Source: Toensbergia leucococca (lineage: Eukaryota). From it: a DNA stretch of 64,000 bases. Below the pieces are notes generated by a model, which was given only the letters and a program-made list of their open reading frames with translations, was not told the origin of the DNA and ran no database searches. The stretch covers positions 1 through 64,000 of the forward strand of contig JALDZS010000080.1 of assembly GCA_022813965.1 (NCBI GenBank). Reading direction: 5' to 3'. Positions 50,390 to 64,000 of the stretch are shown in pieces (positions within the stretch are counted from its first letter, which is position 1; each line of letters opens with the position of its first letter). A program made the translations under genes and the position numbers.

Positions 50390-51222
50390 GGCTAAGAAAG
50401 TAGGTCTCTTACGACGAAAGCAATCTTCTGTCATTCTTACAATCTTTAGATCCAGGAAATCTTGTACACATGGTTGGTAGTCCTCGAATATCTGTATATT
50501 CGGCAGCTCAAGAGGGTAATCTTAAAAATTGGAGCAAAAATCCTAGAGTACTGTCAACATTGGCCCGTCTCTAAAGCAAGTTCTTTCTTTGGACACCTAT
50601 GTTTGTGTCACAACTAATATTTAGCTGACAGCTGATGTCAGCCACCCGTCCCAAAGATCCCTCGCCAGATTAGAGCTCTATTTTCTTGGCACAAGCCCTA
50701 AGCTGACAGGTTTCGAAATTATCACCTCCCCTTTTTCCAACCAAATGATTGTTTGACTCAACGTTATTTACCAAAACCCTCCTTCACCAATTACGTGCCC
50801 AACTTCATTTTGATAGTTGAAAATGGCTCCAAAACCACATTAGTAGCGAAAAATATATGTATTAATTTGACTCAGCAATTTCAAACCCTAGTTTATGTGT
50901 ACTGTACGCCACCTCGTGAAGTAAAATGGGCTCTCGTTTGCAACATCGATCATAGCACAACCTATATGATGTCTAGAGCTTATTCTCTGGGCATTGAGTT
51001 TATATCCGTCCTAGGCCAAGCATGATGCAGGTCCTCAAAACATCCTCAAGATTGTATAACACCGAATCCTGACATGGCTGTTACCGGTAAGGTAGCAGTA
51101 CGAGTGCCGAATAGCAATGACGGAAAAGCATGAAGAGAAGAAATACCGAGAAAAGCAGTATTAGGGAACCGAGTATCAAGAAGGAGGTATCAAGAAAATC
51201 AGTGAGGACTTGTGTCATTTGA

Positions 51223-52088
51223 TCACGATCTCCTAGTCTCTTGGTTAAATTTATCAACAACAGCTCTCGTAGTCTTGATGATATCTAAACAACCCGGAGA
51301 ATCCGAATGGCAACATATCGATATTGGATAATCCTTCACAGGGAGATGTACATTGCTTCCATCAACAGAGGTGACAGACTCGGTCGTGACTTGTTGCGTG
51401 ACATGCTTCTCTACGTCTTCGAGCTTCCACGGTCTGCCATCCCATTAACGAAATTATCCTGTGCAGCATAAGAATACTCACTTTTTCTTCCTATCGATAA
51501 CCAGCATCCCATCAGTACTGTATTTGACATCTCCATATATCTCGGCCCAAAAGGCAATGCCCAGGTCATTCGCCGCCTTTTCCATATTGGTTCCCGCCAG
51601 ACCAAACACTGGTATCCCTTCTGGTATCCCCCGCATCACAGCCACGGCGACCTCATAGTCCCGGCACATCATACCATATAGCACACCATGAGGCTTTACA
51701 TGGTGCAAGACAACGTTCTCCCTATCAAGAAAGGCCTTGAGGGCACCGACTTGATAGATGGTGATAGCGGTCAATTCTTCAGGTTGGAGCTTGATCTCGC
51801 GCCGTCCGAATCCCTGCAGATCAGGAAGGCCCGGATGAGCGCCGATCTTAATGTTGTGAGATTTACAGAGTCGGACGGTCTCCATCATAATCAAGGGATC
51901 CCTAAAGAATCATTAGCGCTTGGGAGTACGGGAGAGAGGTTGAGGATTCTTCACCCGGCATGAAAGCCACAGGCTATATTAGCATGATCAATCAGAGGGA
52001 TGAGCTCCTCGTCAGGCCCACATTTCCAATTGCCGTAGGCCTCGCCGAGATCGACGTTGATGAGGGCTTTATGTTTGATGGGGCCCAT
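51223..52088 (-). CDS. lamB: LamB/YcsF/PxpA family lactam-utilisation protein
   Basis: [59 protein letters not shown]; 2 introns. Confidence 0.93.
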
Positions 52089-52414
52089 TTCGATTGACGT
52101 CGTTAATGCCTTGTGGACGAGTATAATATAGTAGGAAGTAAGGCGTCTCTATGTTCCGACTTGAGACAGCACAAAGAGGACTGAAGCCATTCTATGACGT
52201 ACACCCCCATGATGAATCTCTTGAAGTCGTTATCAGTAGCTGATGGTAAACCCCCGCATCTTGCGTAAGTCCACAAAAGGAAACTTGCTCATTGACGGAT
52301 TCTAGCCTCGGAGCACCTGAGTACTCTTTCATTGATAGAACATTGCTCCGAGTGACTCGATATTCTCTGTTGCTCCACGAAATCAATGTGACAGTATCCG
52401 TATCGTGGTGGAAG

Positions 52415-55400
52415 ATGGAGAATTTGAAGACACTGCTGATAGCGAACAGGGGTAAGTACGGCAGACTAAAGGTGACATTTATGAAGAACAGAGCTAAGAG
52501 GATTTACGGATACTAATAGGAGAAATTGCAACGAGAATTCTCGTAACAGCAAAGTAAGGATATAGTCGCGGAGCAGAATGGGTGCTTTTAGCTTCTGGTT
52601 TGTGTATTATGTTTTCTGACACTTACAATATAGAGCTCTCAACATTCGCACAATCGCTATATACACAAATGCAGATGCGGCTTCATCTCATGTGGCTCAA
52701 GCAGATAAAGCAGTACTATTGCCTGGCGGAGATGCCAAGGGCTATCTTGACGGGTGAGTCAAATGTTCTATCACCTTGCTCGTTCACTTAAATTTCCCTT
52801 CTCAAATTTGTGAATTTTCACTCCAATTTGGGATCCAAATTACTGCCGGTCATTTCCTACTTATTGTCTTCATACAAATTCCAACATACTATTGATTATA
52901 AAGTTTTATCGTTTGGAGACTTGTACGAGTAGCTTCTGTCTTTCGAGAGGAAATAACCTGACTACGTCCTATATGTAGCGATGGAATCATCGATATTGCA
53001 AAAGCCAATGGCGCGAATGCTGTCATTCCTGGCTATGGCTTTCTGTCAGAGAACGCCGGCTTTGCTAGAGCAGTGATAGCTGCTGGTATGGTCTTTGTTG
53101 GACCGAGCCCTGAGAGCATTGAATCATTTGGTCTGAAACATACAGCTCGGGACCTGGCTACGAGTGCCGGAGTTCCAGTTGTACCAGGCACTCAAGGCTT
53201 GATCAAAAGTGAAGACGAGGCGGTGAAAGAAAGTGAACGGCTAGGTTTTCCAGTCATGCTGAAGTCAACCGCTGGTGGAGGAGGAATGGGGTTAGCCACT
53301 TGTAAGACCGTTGGAGAGGTCAGAGAATCCTATGCCACAATCAGATCACGTGGCGAAAACCTCTTCAAAAATGCTGGACTGTTCATGGAACGATTCTACA
53401 ACGATTCCCACCATATTGAAGTCCAGGTCTTTGGCAATGGGCTTGGAGATGCAATCCACTTTGGTGAGAGAGAATGCTCGATTCAACGAAGACATCAAAA
53501 GGTAATTGAAGAATGTCCCAGCCCTTTTGTGATGAAACGTCTACGTTAGTCTCAATCTCCTGTGAGATCAAGACGACTACTGACTCCTCATAGATCTTAG
53601 AGAAGAGTTGTGCTCCGCAGCTGTTCGACTAGCTGAATCGGTCAAATATAGTTCCGCAGGGACGATTGAGTATCTGGTCGATGATAAGACGGGTGATTTC
53701 TTTTTCCTGGAGATGAACACACGGTTGCAAGTTGAACACGGAATTACAGAACTCTGTTACGACGTCGATTTAGTCTCTTTGATGCTACAGCAAGCGGATG
53801 CGCAGTTGGGAGGTCAAGGTGGTATCAAGTCAGACGTTTTGAAGAAGCTCCAACCTTCGAAACCTAACGGTGCTGCAATAGAAGCCCGGGTCTATGCTGA
53901 AAACCCTGCAAAGGATTGCGCGCCATCTCCGGGGACGCTCCAGATAGTGCAATGGAAAGATAAGAAAGGATCTAGAATTGACACGTGGGTGAGGACTGGT
54001 ACAATAGTATCATCCCACTATGATCCTCTTCTTGCGAAAGTCATGTTTCATAGTCCAACACGAGAGAGTTCGATCAAAGGCATACATGAGATTCTGTCGC
54101 AATCGCGGATATGTGGCCCGCCAACTAATCTCGATTTCCTTGCTACCATTCTGGAAGACCAGCGCTTCGTGGAGGGCTCGACATTAACAAACTTCCTTAC
54201 CAGCTTCGAATTCTCCCCTGCAGCCATCGACGTAATGACAGGAGGGGCTTATACCCAAGTGCAAGATTGGCCGGGAAGACCTACTATGGGCAGAGGATTT
54301 CCACATGCAGGGCCGATGGATCCTTTGGCGTTCCAGATTGCAAATTTGCTGGTTGGCAATGAAGGTGGAATGGAAGGACTGGAAATCACTCTTAACGGGC
54401 CAGATCTACTGTTCCTTGGTCCTGCTGTGGTTGCGATCTGTGGCGCGCCCATGGAGGTCAACCTCGACGGCAAGCCCATTCCTATGTGGAGCAGAGTTAG
54501 GGTGAACGGAAAGCAAAAGCTGACAATAGGAAAAACAACGGGAGGCGGCTGCAGATCGTACCTCGCCATATATGGTGGGCTTCCTAGTGTTGCCGAGTGG
54601 TTTGGATCAAAGGCCACTTCACCAGGCGTTGGAGTCGGTGGCTATCAGGGCAGACAGCTGGCTTCAGGGGATTTCCTCGCCATTTCTAAGGAAATTCCGG
54701 AATATCTCTCGCAGTCCCTGAGCCTACCATCAAAGCTGATTCCCAAATATGTGAATCATTGGGACATCATGGCTATGGTAGGCCCATACGATGAAGGCTA
54801 TCTGCTACCCGAGACCATCGAAATGATCTACGACACCAAGTGGCAGATCTCCCACAATGCTGCCAGAGGGGGTATTCGTCTCGTTGGGCCAAAACCAAAA
54901 TGGGCTCGTGCAGACGGCGGGGAGGGAGGAGCTCACCCGAGTAACGTTGTTGAGTATGGATATCCCTTAGGTACGCTGAATTGGACCGGGGATGATCCAT
55001 GCATTTTTCCTGTCGACTGTCCCGATTTTGGTGGCTTTGTCTCCAGTACGACAATCGTCAAGGCAGATTATTGGAGGCTTGGACAGATGAAAGCAGGAGA
55101 TACGATGCAGTACAGAAGGGTATCGCTTCAGTACGCAATTGAGATGCGCGAAAAAGTAAATGTCTTCATTGAACGGGTCGCCAAAGCTTGCTCTGAGAAA
55201 GCTGGGTTTGATGAAGTTATACCACTGGATTACTCGGACCTCCCCGATTTTTCGTCGTTGGATTACCAAGGCCAAGCGGTGCTTTATAGTATCGAAGCCA
55301 AAGGGAATCAACCTCGTACACTTTATCGACAGGTAAGCCTACCGACCAATTGAAACCTGAGTAAACACTCACTTCAACAACTAGGGCGCCGATGACTATC

Positions 55401-56823
55401 TCCTTGTAGAATATGGAGATGGCACATTTGACCTTAACCACCGATGTAGAGTTACTGCCCTGACCAAAGCACTCAAAGAATCTACGAGTGATATATCATT
55501 CAAAAACGGACTGATAAACACAGTAGGATGCTGTACCTGTGAGTCTCAGAGGCTGAACTGTTCCTTCGTCCCATTGATAAATGGGTATGTACAGCGCTTC
55601 TGATCTATTACGATGGAATAAAGATCCCACAAAGCAAGCTCGTCCATCATCTCGTCAACCTAGAAGCCCAACTGGGCGACCTCAGCCGCGCCAAAGTCCC
55701 AAGCCGCCTCTTCAAGCTTCCCATCATCTTCGAAAGCCATCGACAGACGGACGCCATCAAACGCTACATGGAAACGCAGCGCCCGTACGCGTCGTATTTG
55801 CCCGACAACATGGAATTTGTAGCCAAGAATAACGGGCTCGAGCGCAAAGATCTCGAGAACATACTCCTGACAAGCAAACTCATGGCAGTGTCAGTGGGAT
55901 TTTTCGCCGCTCTACCATTATGTCTCCCTGTGGATCCTCGCCAGAGGTTAAATTGTCCAAAGGTGACTAGCTTAGGTAATTCTTCTCCATCTCATTTCAG
56001 GCACTAACCGCCAGAATGCAGATGAACCCGTCTCGCGTCTTCACTCCCGAAGGTCAAGTCTCATGGGGAGGCTCCTGCATGGCTCTCTACAACGTCGAGT
56101 CCCCTGGCGGCTACCAGCTAACCGGCCTCACCATCCCCGGCGTCGACATTCTTGGCTCCAAGCACGGTTACTCCCTCTCGCGCCCCTGGCTCTTTGAAGA
56201 TTTCGACCAGCTCACCTTCCACGAGGTCAGCGAGGACGAATACGAGCGCCAGCTGGCGATGTTTCATAGCGGGCGATACGAGTACGAGTGGGAGGCTGTC
56301 ACTTTCGATATGGCGGAGCATAATGATTTGTTGAGGAGGACCGAGGGAGAGGTGGAGGCGATGAGGAAGAGGCAGAAGAAAGCGCAAGGGGAGATGGGTT
56401 TGGTGGAGAAGGACTTGATGGAGAGGTGGATCAAGGAGAAGGAAGAGGGGAAGGTTCCGATGGATACAGTCGAGGCTTTGTTGCATGGTATGTACCCCCA
56501 TTTTCCCTCAAAACCCGAGATGATATCTCCCATGGGCGCCAAAGTTGTTGATGCGAGATCCAAATCCCCCCCATTCTACAGACCCAGCAATCTCCCCAAT
56601 CGAAAGCCCCCTCAACGCCAACGTGTGGAAAATCCTCGTCCAAGAAGGCGATCGGCTCAACGCGAACGACGTGGTTGCCGTCCTCGAGGCAATGAAGTTG
56701 GAGATTTCGGTCCGGGCGGAAGAGGGACTTGCGGGGTCGGTGGTCGAGAGGCTGCTTGTGAGACCGAATGATGTGGTCAAGGCGGGTGATGCGCTGGTTT
56801 TGACGAGGCATGTGGATAAGTGA
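52415..56823 (+). CDS. lamA: Biotin-dependent carboxylase of the urea carboxylase/LamA type (BC + carboxyltransferase + biotin carrier)
   Basis: LLIANRG|EIA, PGYGFLSENA, GGGGMG, RECSIQRRHQKVIEE, FLEMNTRLQVEH, VQDWPGR...GPMD, SPGGYQL, biotin site EAMKL. No N-terminal amidase domain. Divergent from lamB. Confidence 0.9.
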
Positions 56824-58400
56824 AGGCGCAGGAATTGGTCTTCAGGACGGCAACTTTGGAGTGTTTTTTTTGGGGGGTTGGGGGGGGCGGGGGGGTTTGA
56901 AGTGCTTGGAGAAACAGAACCGTCCATCTCAGCAGGCCCAAGTGTTATTCTGGGAGGCCAAAACACACAAAAAAATTTAAATAAAAACCACGTAACCTTG
57001 CACGTAAGACAACGACCCGCTTTGTACCAACGTAAACCAACGGAGCTACATACAAAAAAACAGGTTCCGAATCGACACTCGTAACACCGAGAGGGCTATC
57101 TTGGTCGCAAATACCAGCCTACCCACCCGACGCAGAACCCCCCCGCCCTCTTCCACAGACACATACACCCATCCTCCAACTCACCCTCGCGCCTCACTCT
57201 CCAGGCCCTATCATCCTCACCCGCCATCAAAAAAGGACCCCTCTCTCACATCAATCTCCCCGCACCACCCCCACGCCCCACCGTCCTCCCATCATTCTTC
57301 CCCCCTCCATAACACGCCTCCCCCCCTGGCATCCCAATGGTATACAAAAGAGCCAGAAGCGACATTGTTCATCTCGTCCGTTCAAATATAAAGACCCTGT
57401 TTTTGTTTTTGTGTTTTTCCAAAATCAACCCCACCCCCCCTTTCGTCCCACAAAATAAAGTTGAAATATACCCCCATTCTTGGGGTTTTTCGGTCTGGGG
57501 GGGGAGAAGAAGAGGATGCGGTACTTTTTATATCGTGAGATTTTTTTATATATCTGGGGTTGGGGTACGTGGGAGGGTGTTTCTTGAGAGGAGAGAGGGA
57601 AAGGTGGTAGATGTCGAAGGGGGCTGGCTGGTTCAAAGGAGGGTGGAGTTTTTTGGGGGGGGTGGTGGATTTGTGTGTGGGGGTAATGAGGGGACAATTG
57701 AAAAGCCCACACGTTTTCGCTGAAACGCACGGTTTTTTCCTTTTTTTTTTTTTTTTTGCAAGGTGGGGGTGGACAATTGTTGTATGACTCGAGAACTGAT
57801 GAAAGATCTTTTGTACGCACACTACTAAAGACCCCCGACCTTAGTGGCCATCTCCAGCGAACGTGCCACGCGACGCCTCAATTCATAAGAAACCCTCTCA
57901 TTCCGTCCTGGTGTCTGGTTGAGTGAAGATAGTCTTATTTCCCCGTGATTGGCATCCGAAAGCGCGAATTTCAGTACTCACCTCTGACAGAAGAGGGTAT
58001 GAGAAACCCCCCTGCAATAAAGATCAGGGTTAAAGTACTTTTGAAGAATTTTTTCCGAGGAGATCGGATGGGAATGGGGGTGGTTGATGAAAAAAATCCA
58101 CCTAAGCTTTTTTCCCTCGGCGAAAACGTCGACTCCTCACTGCCTCCTTTTCAATCGGCGCTTTGGAGTCGTCAACACGCTTTGCAAACAACCCAAGCTT
58201 CGAAAAATAATGCTGGGTTCAGACTTCCGTGAACATTGCTTCGGCAGGGTCCGAGGGTTGAGACTTTATATGAAGGTGCTGGATATGGCGGGAGTCTGGG
58301 GTTGCGTCGAGGGACGGTGGGGGTGTTGAGGGAATGGGTTGATGGATATTTGGCGTTGGAAGGATACTATTCTCGATTGGTTGGTTACTCAGCCAGTCTG

Positions 58401-59713
58401 CTATTCAGCTGTAACGTCCTCTTCTTTGATTGCCACCTCCTCTCCTTTGAACACCACCTCCTCGTTCTTGTCAATAGTAATTCCATCTTCTCTCTGTTCA
58501 ATTACGTGCTCCTTCCGCACTCTCTTCCCAATGACCTTCCTCTCCACCACAGCACTAGGACACAACCCCCTCGCACTCAAAACACACTCCCCGCACTTCC
58601 TCCCCACGGGCAAACAAACCGTCTGCCCGAACCCAACCAACAAGTGATTGATCTCATGCCATTTCTCCCTAGGCAACCAGGCCTCCAGCATTCCCCTCGT
58701 CTCCTCCGGCCCCTTGGTCCGATGCCATCGCCACAAATTCGTGATCCGATGCACATGCACATCGACCCCTATTCCCTCCGTACGTCCCCACGCGGCGCTC
58801 AAGCACAGGTAGGCCATTTTGGGACCGACGCCAGGGAGGCTCATCAGGCCTTCTATGGAGTCTGGGATGTCGCTATTGAAGGAGTCGCGCAGAATGATGG
58901 CGGTGGCTTTGATGTAGCGGGTTTTGTTGTTGTGGAAGCCGACGACGTAGATGAGCTCGTTGAGGCGGACGGGATCGATGGCGAGGATGTTTTCGAGTGT
59001 GAGGCCGGGGTGTGGCAGTTCAGTCTGGAGGCGGCGCATGGCGATTGCGTTGGTGGTGTCTTTTGTTTGGGAGGAGAGCATTAGGGCGATTAGGGTTTGG
59101 AAGCGTTTGTCCTGGGGATTTGGGTTAGTGCTGAGCTGGGACTGGTGGAAAAGGGGTGAGAACTTACCCGAGGAGAGAGATGCTGTTCTGCTAGGGTCTC
59201 ACAACCCATTGTGTCGACGGGGGCCAGGACCTTTTTGCGCATCTCCTTGACCGCGTCGTATACTTCTTCCCAATTGCTGGGGGGGTGGATCTCAACCTGT
59301 CCTGCCGGGTCAACTACTCGTCTCGCGGGCTTCCGCTTCACTTTCTTGGGCGTTTTATCGTCGCTGCTTTCGGCTTTGAGGTTAGCTTTGTGGGGTGTGA
59401 TGCGTGTAGAGGATATGCTGGAGACTGTGGTGGACGATGGGGTGTCAACCCAACGTTTTCGCTTTCGCGAAGGGGAGATTTTGAATGGCACATCTTCAAT
59501 GTCAAAGCCGGCCGAGGATAGGGACGAGCTGTCGTCATTCACATTCTCTGACTTAACATTCAAGAGGTCGGCCTCTCCAGCAGAGGCGTCATGAGCCGCA
59601 AATGCCTTGAAAGAGGCTGCGAACGATCGAGTCTGCCGCTGGGGAATGAAGTCGACATGAGAAAATTGTTTCACAGCCTTGGCCGTCTCCTGCCCGACTC
59701 TAGATGTCTGCAT
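58401..59713 (-). CDS. NTH1: Endonuclease III-like DNA glycosylase/AP lyase (HhH-GPD, 4Fe-4S), 2 exons
   Basis: [33 protein letters not shown] (HhH), [22 protein letters not shown]...KCGEC...LCPS. Confidence 0.93.
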
Positions 59714-60083
59714 AGCTAGGAAATGAAGGTTGCTTTCGCTACCGCCGTACGACTATGCCAGACGAGCTGAGAAGTAACTCGGTACTGTTGGCGTCAGGGG
59801 TTGAAATTGCACCCCTATTTCTTCATCTTACGTGCATATCAAGGAGGACCCGAGTGACAGGACCAGTGACGTCGCCATCGACAGGATCGGCTGAGTGCCC
59901 AAAGCTCAATCAATACCGCGAAGAGAAAGCAATAGGAAGAGGAGGGTTTCAACATTTCGATAAACTACTCCGTACCAGATCAACTTTCTTCCTCCATTCC
60001 CTCAAAGTGGTCCGTGCACCAGCCCTACCAACTGCAAATAACCTCCCCCCATGTCCTGTGTGCCCTTTCTCCTTCCACCACCT

Positions 60084-60730
60084 ATGCCAACAGAAGACTA
60101 CACGCCCGCCACGCGCGGCACCCTGAAACTTAAAGGCCTCCCGCCCTCCAAAATAACAAAGCACAAAAAAAAGCGTCCAAACCCCACTCCCACCTCCTCC
60201 GCTACAAATACAGCCGCGGCGAATCCCAGCGGAGAGGAAGTTAGTACAGATGCTACTACAGTAGCGAAAGAAGCCGAGGGGGGATCATCAGTCGAGCAGA
60301 CGGATAAGGGAGAAATAGAAGAGAAGGGAGTGCCCGGGCTGGGGAAGACGGATGCCGAGAGGAGACATGATGAGCGAAGGCGGAAGAGAGTGCGTCTTGC
60401 TCCCTATATCCTTTTCCTCCTTTCTCTTCACTATGCTTCGTAGCTACGGCTCTCTCTACTCTTCACGACTTGCAGACCACTGCCTAAATATTTCTTGAAC
60501 AGTAACTGATCACCACCATGATAATAGCTCGACGAACGGCTCAAGCGCGAAGGCATCAAGACGCACAAGGAGCGCGTTGAGGAGCTCAATCGATATCTTA
60601 GCAACCTGAGCGAGCATCATGACATGTGAGTTTTCGCCGCTGGGATCTTTTAATATCAACGTTACCTTTGAGTTGCTTGGGGCATGGAGGCTGACATTTG
60701 TTTGGTAGGCCAAGAATCGGACCTGGATAA
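60084..60730 (+). CDS. FAM32A/DUF1754-like small nuclear protein, 3 exons
   Basis: MPTEDY...GTLKLKG...KHKKK, KTDAERRHDERRRKR|LDERLKREGIKTHKERVEELNRYLSNLSEHHDM|PRIGPG*. Confidence 0.88.
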
Positions 60731-61175
60731 TAATCCTGCGGACGGGCATCTGGGGTTGAATGGGCGTTTCAAGGGAGTTCGGGGCTATTGTGCACGCGTT
60801 TGGGGTAATGAAAAATTGGGAGGGAATGGGAGGGTTTGACAGTGTGTTTGTAGCGAGACATCTCACCTCACTTGACTGTCTAAGATTCCACCAAGACTAC
60901 TCATGAGACTGAGCAAGTCAAGTCTCCCAAAAGAAATTTTACATTTACTCTTACATGCACATTGCAGAATTCGTATAGCCTCTCGCTAAGGGGTATCCAT
61001 GTATATATTCAGAACACGTCTCACTCTCCCAGGGTATATATCGGCCGAATGTGACCATGCATCTGTGGATTTCGGATCAAAGGCCCCGTGTACCCAGCAA
61101 ACGCATCTTCATTAGTAATTACGCTCGTCAGGTGTCCAGCACCATCATGTTTACTTTGTCGTTAGGTGATATTTC

Positions 61176-63088
61176 TCAAAACGCCACTCCTTCCCGGGTA
61201 TCATATTGGTGTTCAAATTCCTGTCTCTCGGTCGGGGTCTGATACACTTCTTGAAATCCATCATCTGTATCCGTCTCTTCCGATTCGTTACTTGATCTTT
61301 CTTGCTCAATTGTTTGATGACTATATTGGTATTGTCGATGCGTATCTAGTTCCCGTGGTTGGCGACGCCGAACCCTGCGTGTGTTTGTTGGTGCTTTATA
61401 GGCTTTATTATCTTGCTGCAATTGTAAGACTTGCTCTTCCAGTCGTAATCGAGCGGATTGCTCGCGCTTGAACAACGCGACAAGCTTTGCATATTGTTCC
61501 ATTGTGAGCTCAGTCGCTTCTGGTTCCGTATCTGAGTCTTTTGTGTACTGTGACGGGGAAGGTGTATCTCGGCCAAGGTATCCGGGGCGTAAAGTGGTGG
61601 CAATACTAGTAGGTCGAGGTTTCGGGCGAGTTGGAGTAGCCTCGTGAGAACGATGTATGGTTTTCTGGGACTTCCGTAGTGTGGGCGAGGGTTTTGACAT
61701 GGGGCTGAGATTCATGGCTGTACGTGGCTGTAAGGGCGTAACAACATAAGACCTGTTTGATGGATCCTGTTCTTTGTCTAAAGTAGTGCGGGAGCGCGAA
61801 GCTTCAGACTGTTTGGTTGAGCCAAGGTATTGAGCGTGCAGGTCCGCTGTAGAAGGTGAACGATCCTGCAGCTTAGATATTGCGTACTCAAGATCCATTA
61901 GCTTGACCTCAAGCGTGACCATCCTTTCCTCAAGACTACTTTGATCCCGGCTCTGTATAGAACTTGCCAGGAGTCCAAAATTAAAGTCTTCATGGGTTGC
62001 CTCTGCTGCATGATCTTCGGTATCTGAAGGCTCTAAATTGGCCGTAGCGATGAACTCGGCTTGTGGTGATTGTCGATCTTGAGGTTTTGGGATGACCAAC
62101 GCAGCAGGAGCTTCTGCGATGCTCTCAGTCCAGTACCGAATCTCGTCGCTTCTTCTTCTCCAACGCCTCCATTGGATGGGTGACATGCGATGGTCCTTCA
62201 AGCTATCACGGAAGGCATCAGCACTTCTCGAACGCCGTTTTGGATTGCCACTGCTTGTGATAGCAAAACCAATGTTTCCTTCATCACCAGAATAATCTCG
62301 GAAGTCCTGACGACTAAGACTAGCTAGCGCCGTGGCGATTGAATCGCCTTCTCCAGAGTTTAGTATGATACTCGGTAAAGTAGCACTCCTAGGCCGTGAA
62401 GGGCGCTCCGGCTGTGCGGGCATCATGTTGTTAGTAAAATTGTTGTCGGTGGAAGGTCTCGGAGGAAAGGGAGAATGTGACCCTAGGGCACTAGAACGCA
62501 GTAGCTCCTGGGTAGGTGCTGAAGCCGATCGCTGAGAATGGAAGTTCGTTGCAGAAGTTATGAATGTACCAGGATCCTTGACATAGATCAGCTTCTTGCA
62601 TTTGAATTTCGGTATCAAGCAATGCTTACACTTCGGTGATGGGTCGACGGCGCTGGCACCTTGGATGGAGATGTCATAGGCTTCCTACCCAGAAGTCGAC
62701 GCACGACCGTCTTAAACCCACTGCTCTTCCGCTTCCTGGGAGATGTCGACTGCGGTGCATGACTTGTGGTGAGGTTTGGCGCTGTCCCATTTCGAGGTTG
62801 TGTTGATGCTAAAGCTCTGTCACTCGATTGGAGATTCCTTTGAGGTACCATGTGGTCTCGAAGACTATCAACAGGCTGCTTATGTTGCAAACGACGGGGT
62901 GAGCGGTCTGTAGTACTTCCGCTATAAGGTGGACCGGCAACGGTATCGGGACGTGAGGCAGCCTCCCAAGGTGCTATTTGAGATAACGAGGCATTCGAGC
63001 GTAGAGCTGAGCGAGAAGCATGAATATAAGCAGCATTGGGTAACTTTGTTGGGGTTGTGACAGTGGCTGGGACGTAGACAGAGGTCAT
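61176..63088 (-). CDS. Hypothetical protein with coiled coils, 2 exons
   Basis: ORFs 62615-63121 and 61176-62618 joined by an intron (about 62580-62630). Motifs NPKRRSRSADA, RRRSDEIRYW, LEERMVTLEVKLMDLEYAISKLQ and REQSARLRLEEQVLQLQ. Start codon uncertain. Confidence 0.7.
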
Positions 63089-64000
63089 TTTACCAGTGGT
63101 ATTAGAGTGAAAGTTAGACAAGCAATACGTCGATTGAGCGCATTGTGAGATTCGCCTTGGGTAAATTCCCGTTGCAAACAGAGTTTGTCGATTACATTAT
63201 TTGAGATGAGAGAAATTATACAATCTCCAAGACGCATGAATGCATTGGCGGGCGTATCATATCATTATATGCATTACAAAGGGAGCAGTGTGCTGCAGGT
63301 GGCAATCAAAGAGGTCAGTCAGGATGAAGGACAATGGACGATGACGGATCTTGTCATGGATATTTAAAGGGAGAGATGAGGATTATCGACGATAGAGGAA
63401 CCGTCCGGCGGAGCTGAAATAGAAGCAGGCTAGGGAGGGGTGGAAGATCAATGATTGACTTGGTCCAGACTGCAGGCTGATTGGTCAATGCGCTCGACCC
63501 CACAAGTTTGATGGCGACACCTTAGTGACACCAGTGAACAGAAGCCTGAAACTGACGTTGCCCAAGCTTGCAAACCGCCTCCTGGGCCGGCATGTCGCGA
63601 CCGTGGCTGTCCGTTTGGGGCTGCACTTGATTCGCAACTAGTGACGATGAGTGGCAAATAATGCCATGGAGGGAGTGCGATCGTCGTCTGATTGGCTCGG
63701 TCTTTGATGAATCATTTCAGCTTCTTTTCTTAGTTTCATCTTATGCCTTGATTCCCAAGCGAAGGAGCGTGCAGTGCAGCAGCAGCAGACTGCCGTGTTT
63801 GATGTGCCTGCCACACCATTTCTCTCTGCCTACCAGCTACCACATGATGACTGATGGCTTTGTGCTTCGCCAATGATCCGACCGTCCCCTCGGTCCATGC
63901 ATCATGGACGGGCCGCCTGCGAACTTGATGATCGACTTTGACGATCTTCCTTAGCCTCGCTAGCCTCGCTAAAAATGGTGATAGGTTGTTGCACCGCCAC

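Noticed and set aside
56830..57830. ORFs between lamA and NTH1
   Set aside because: G/C/T homopolymer-rich convergent spacer with no coding evidence.
58236..59084. 282-aa plus-strand ORF
   Set aside because: Antisense shadow of NTH1.

Overview
Intron-containing filamentous ascomycete (Pezizomycotina-type) nuclear DNA. About 20 genes can be supported. The housekeeping set is PSD2, coatomer epsilon, glutamate-cysteine ligase, an NsdD-type GATA factor, a LIM protein, a divergent lamB/lamA pair, an NTH1/NTG1 glycosylase and a FAM32A-like gene. The highlight is an accessory block at ~36-50.4 kb that looks like a fungal innate-immunity island. It holds a viperin (RSAD2) gene head-to-head with a UMP/CMP-type nucleoside monophosphate kinase, followed immediately by a CYTH/thiamine-triphosphatase-like gene, which together form a candidate ddhNTP antiviral-nucleotide gene cluster. 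Next to it are an Ecm33-like protein with a transmembrane helix and cytoplasmic tail, a MITE-like element, and a HeLo-like-NACHT-ankyrin NLR with one in-frame stop. Other oddities are a HAD phosphatase with a tandem exon duplication and a nonsense codon, duplicated tRNA-like fragments, and a recurring C-rich to G-rich switch at gene 3' ends. All calls come from motif recognition and manual splice reading only; no database searches were run, and exon boundaries are approximate.
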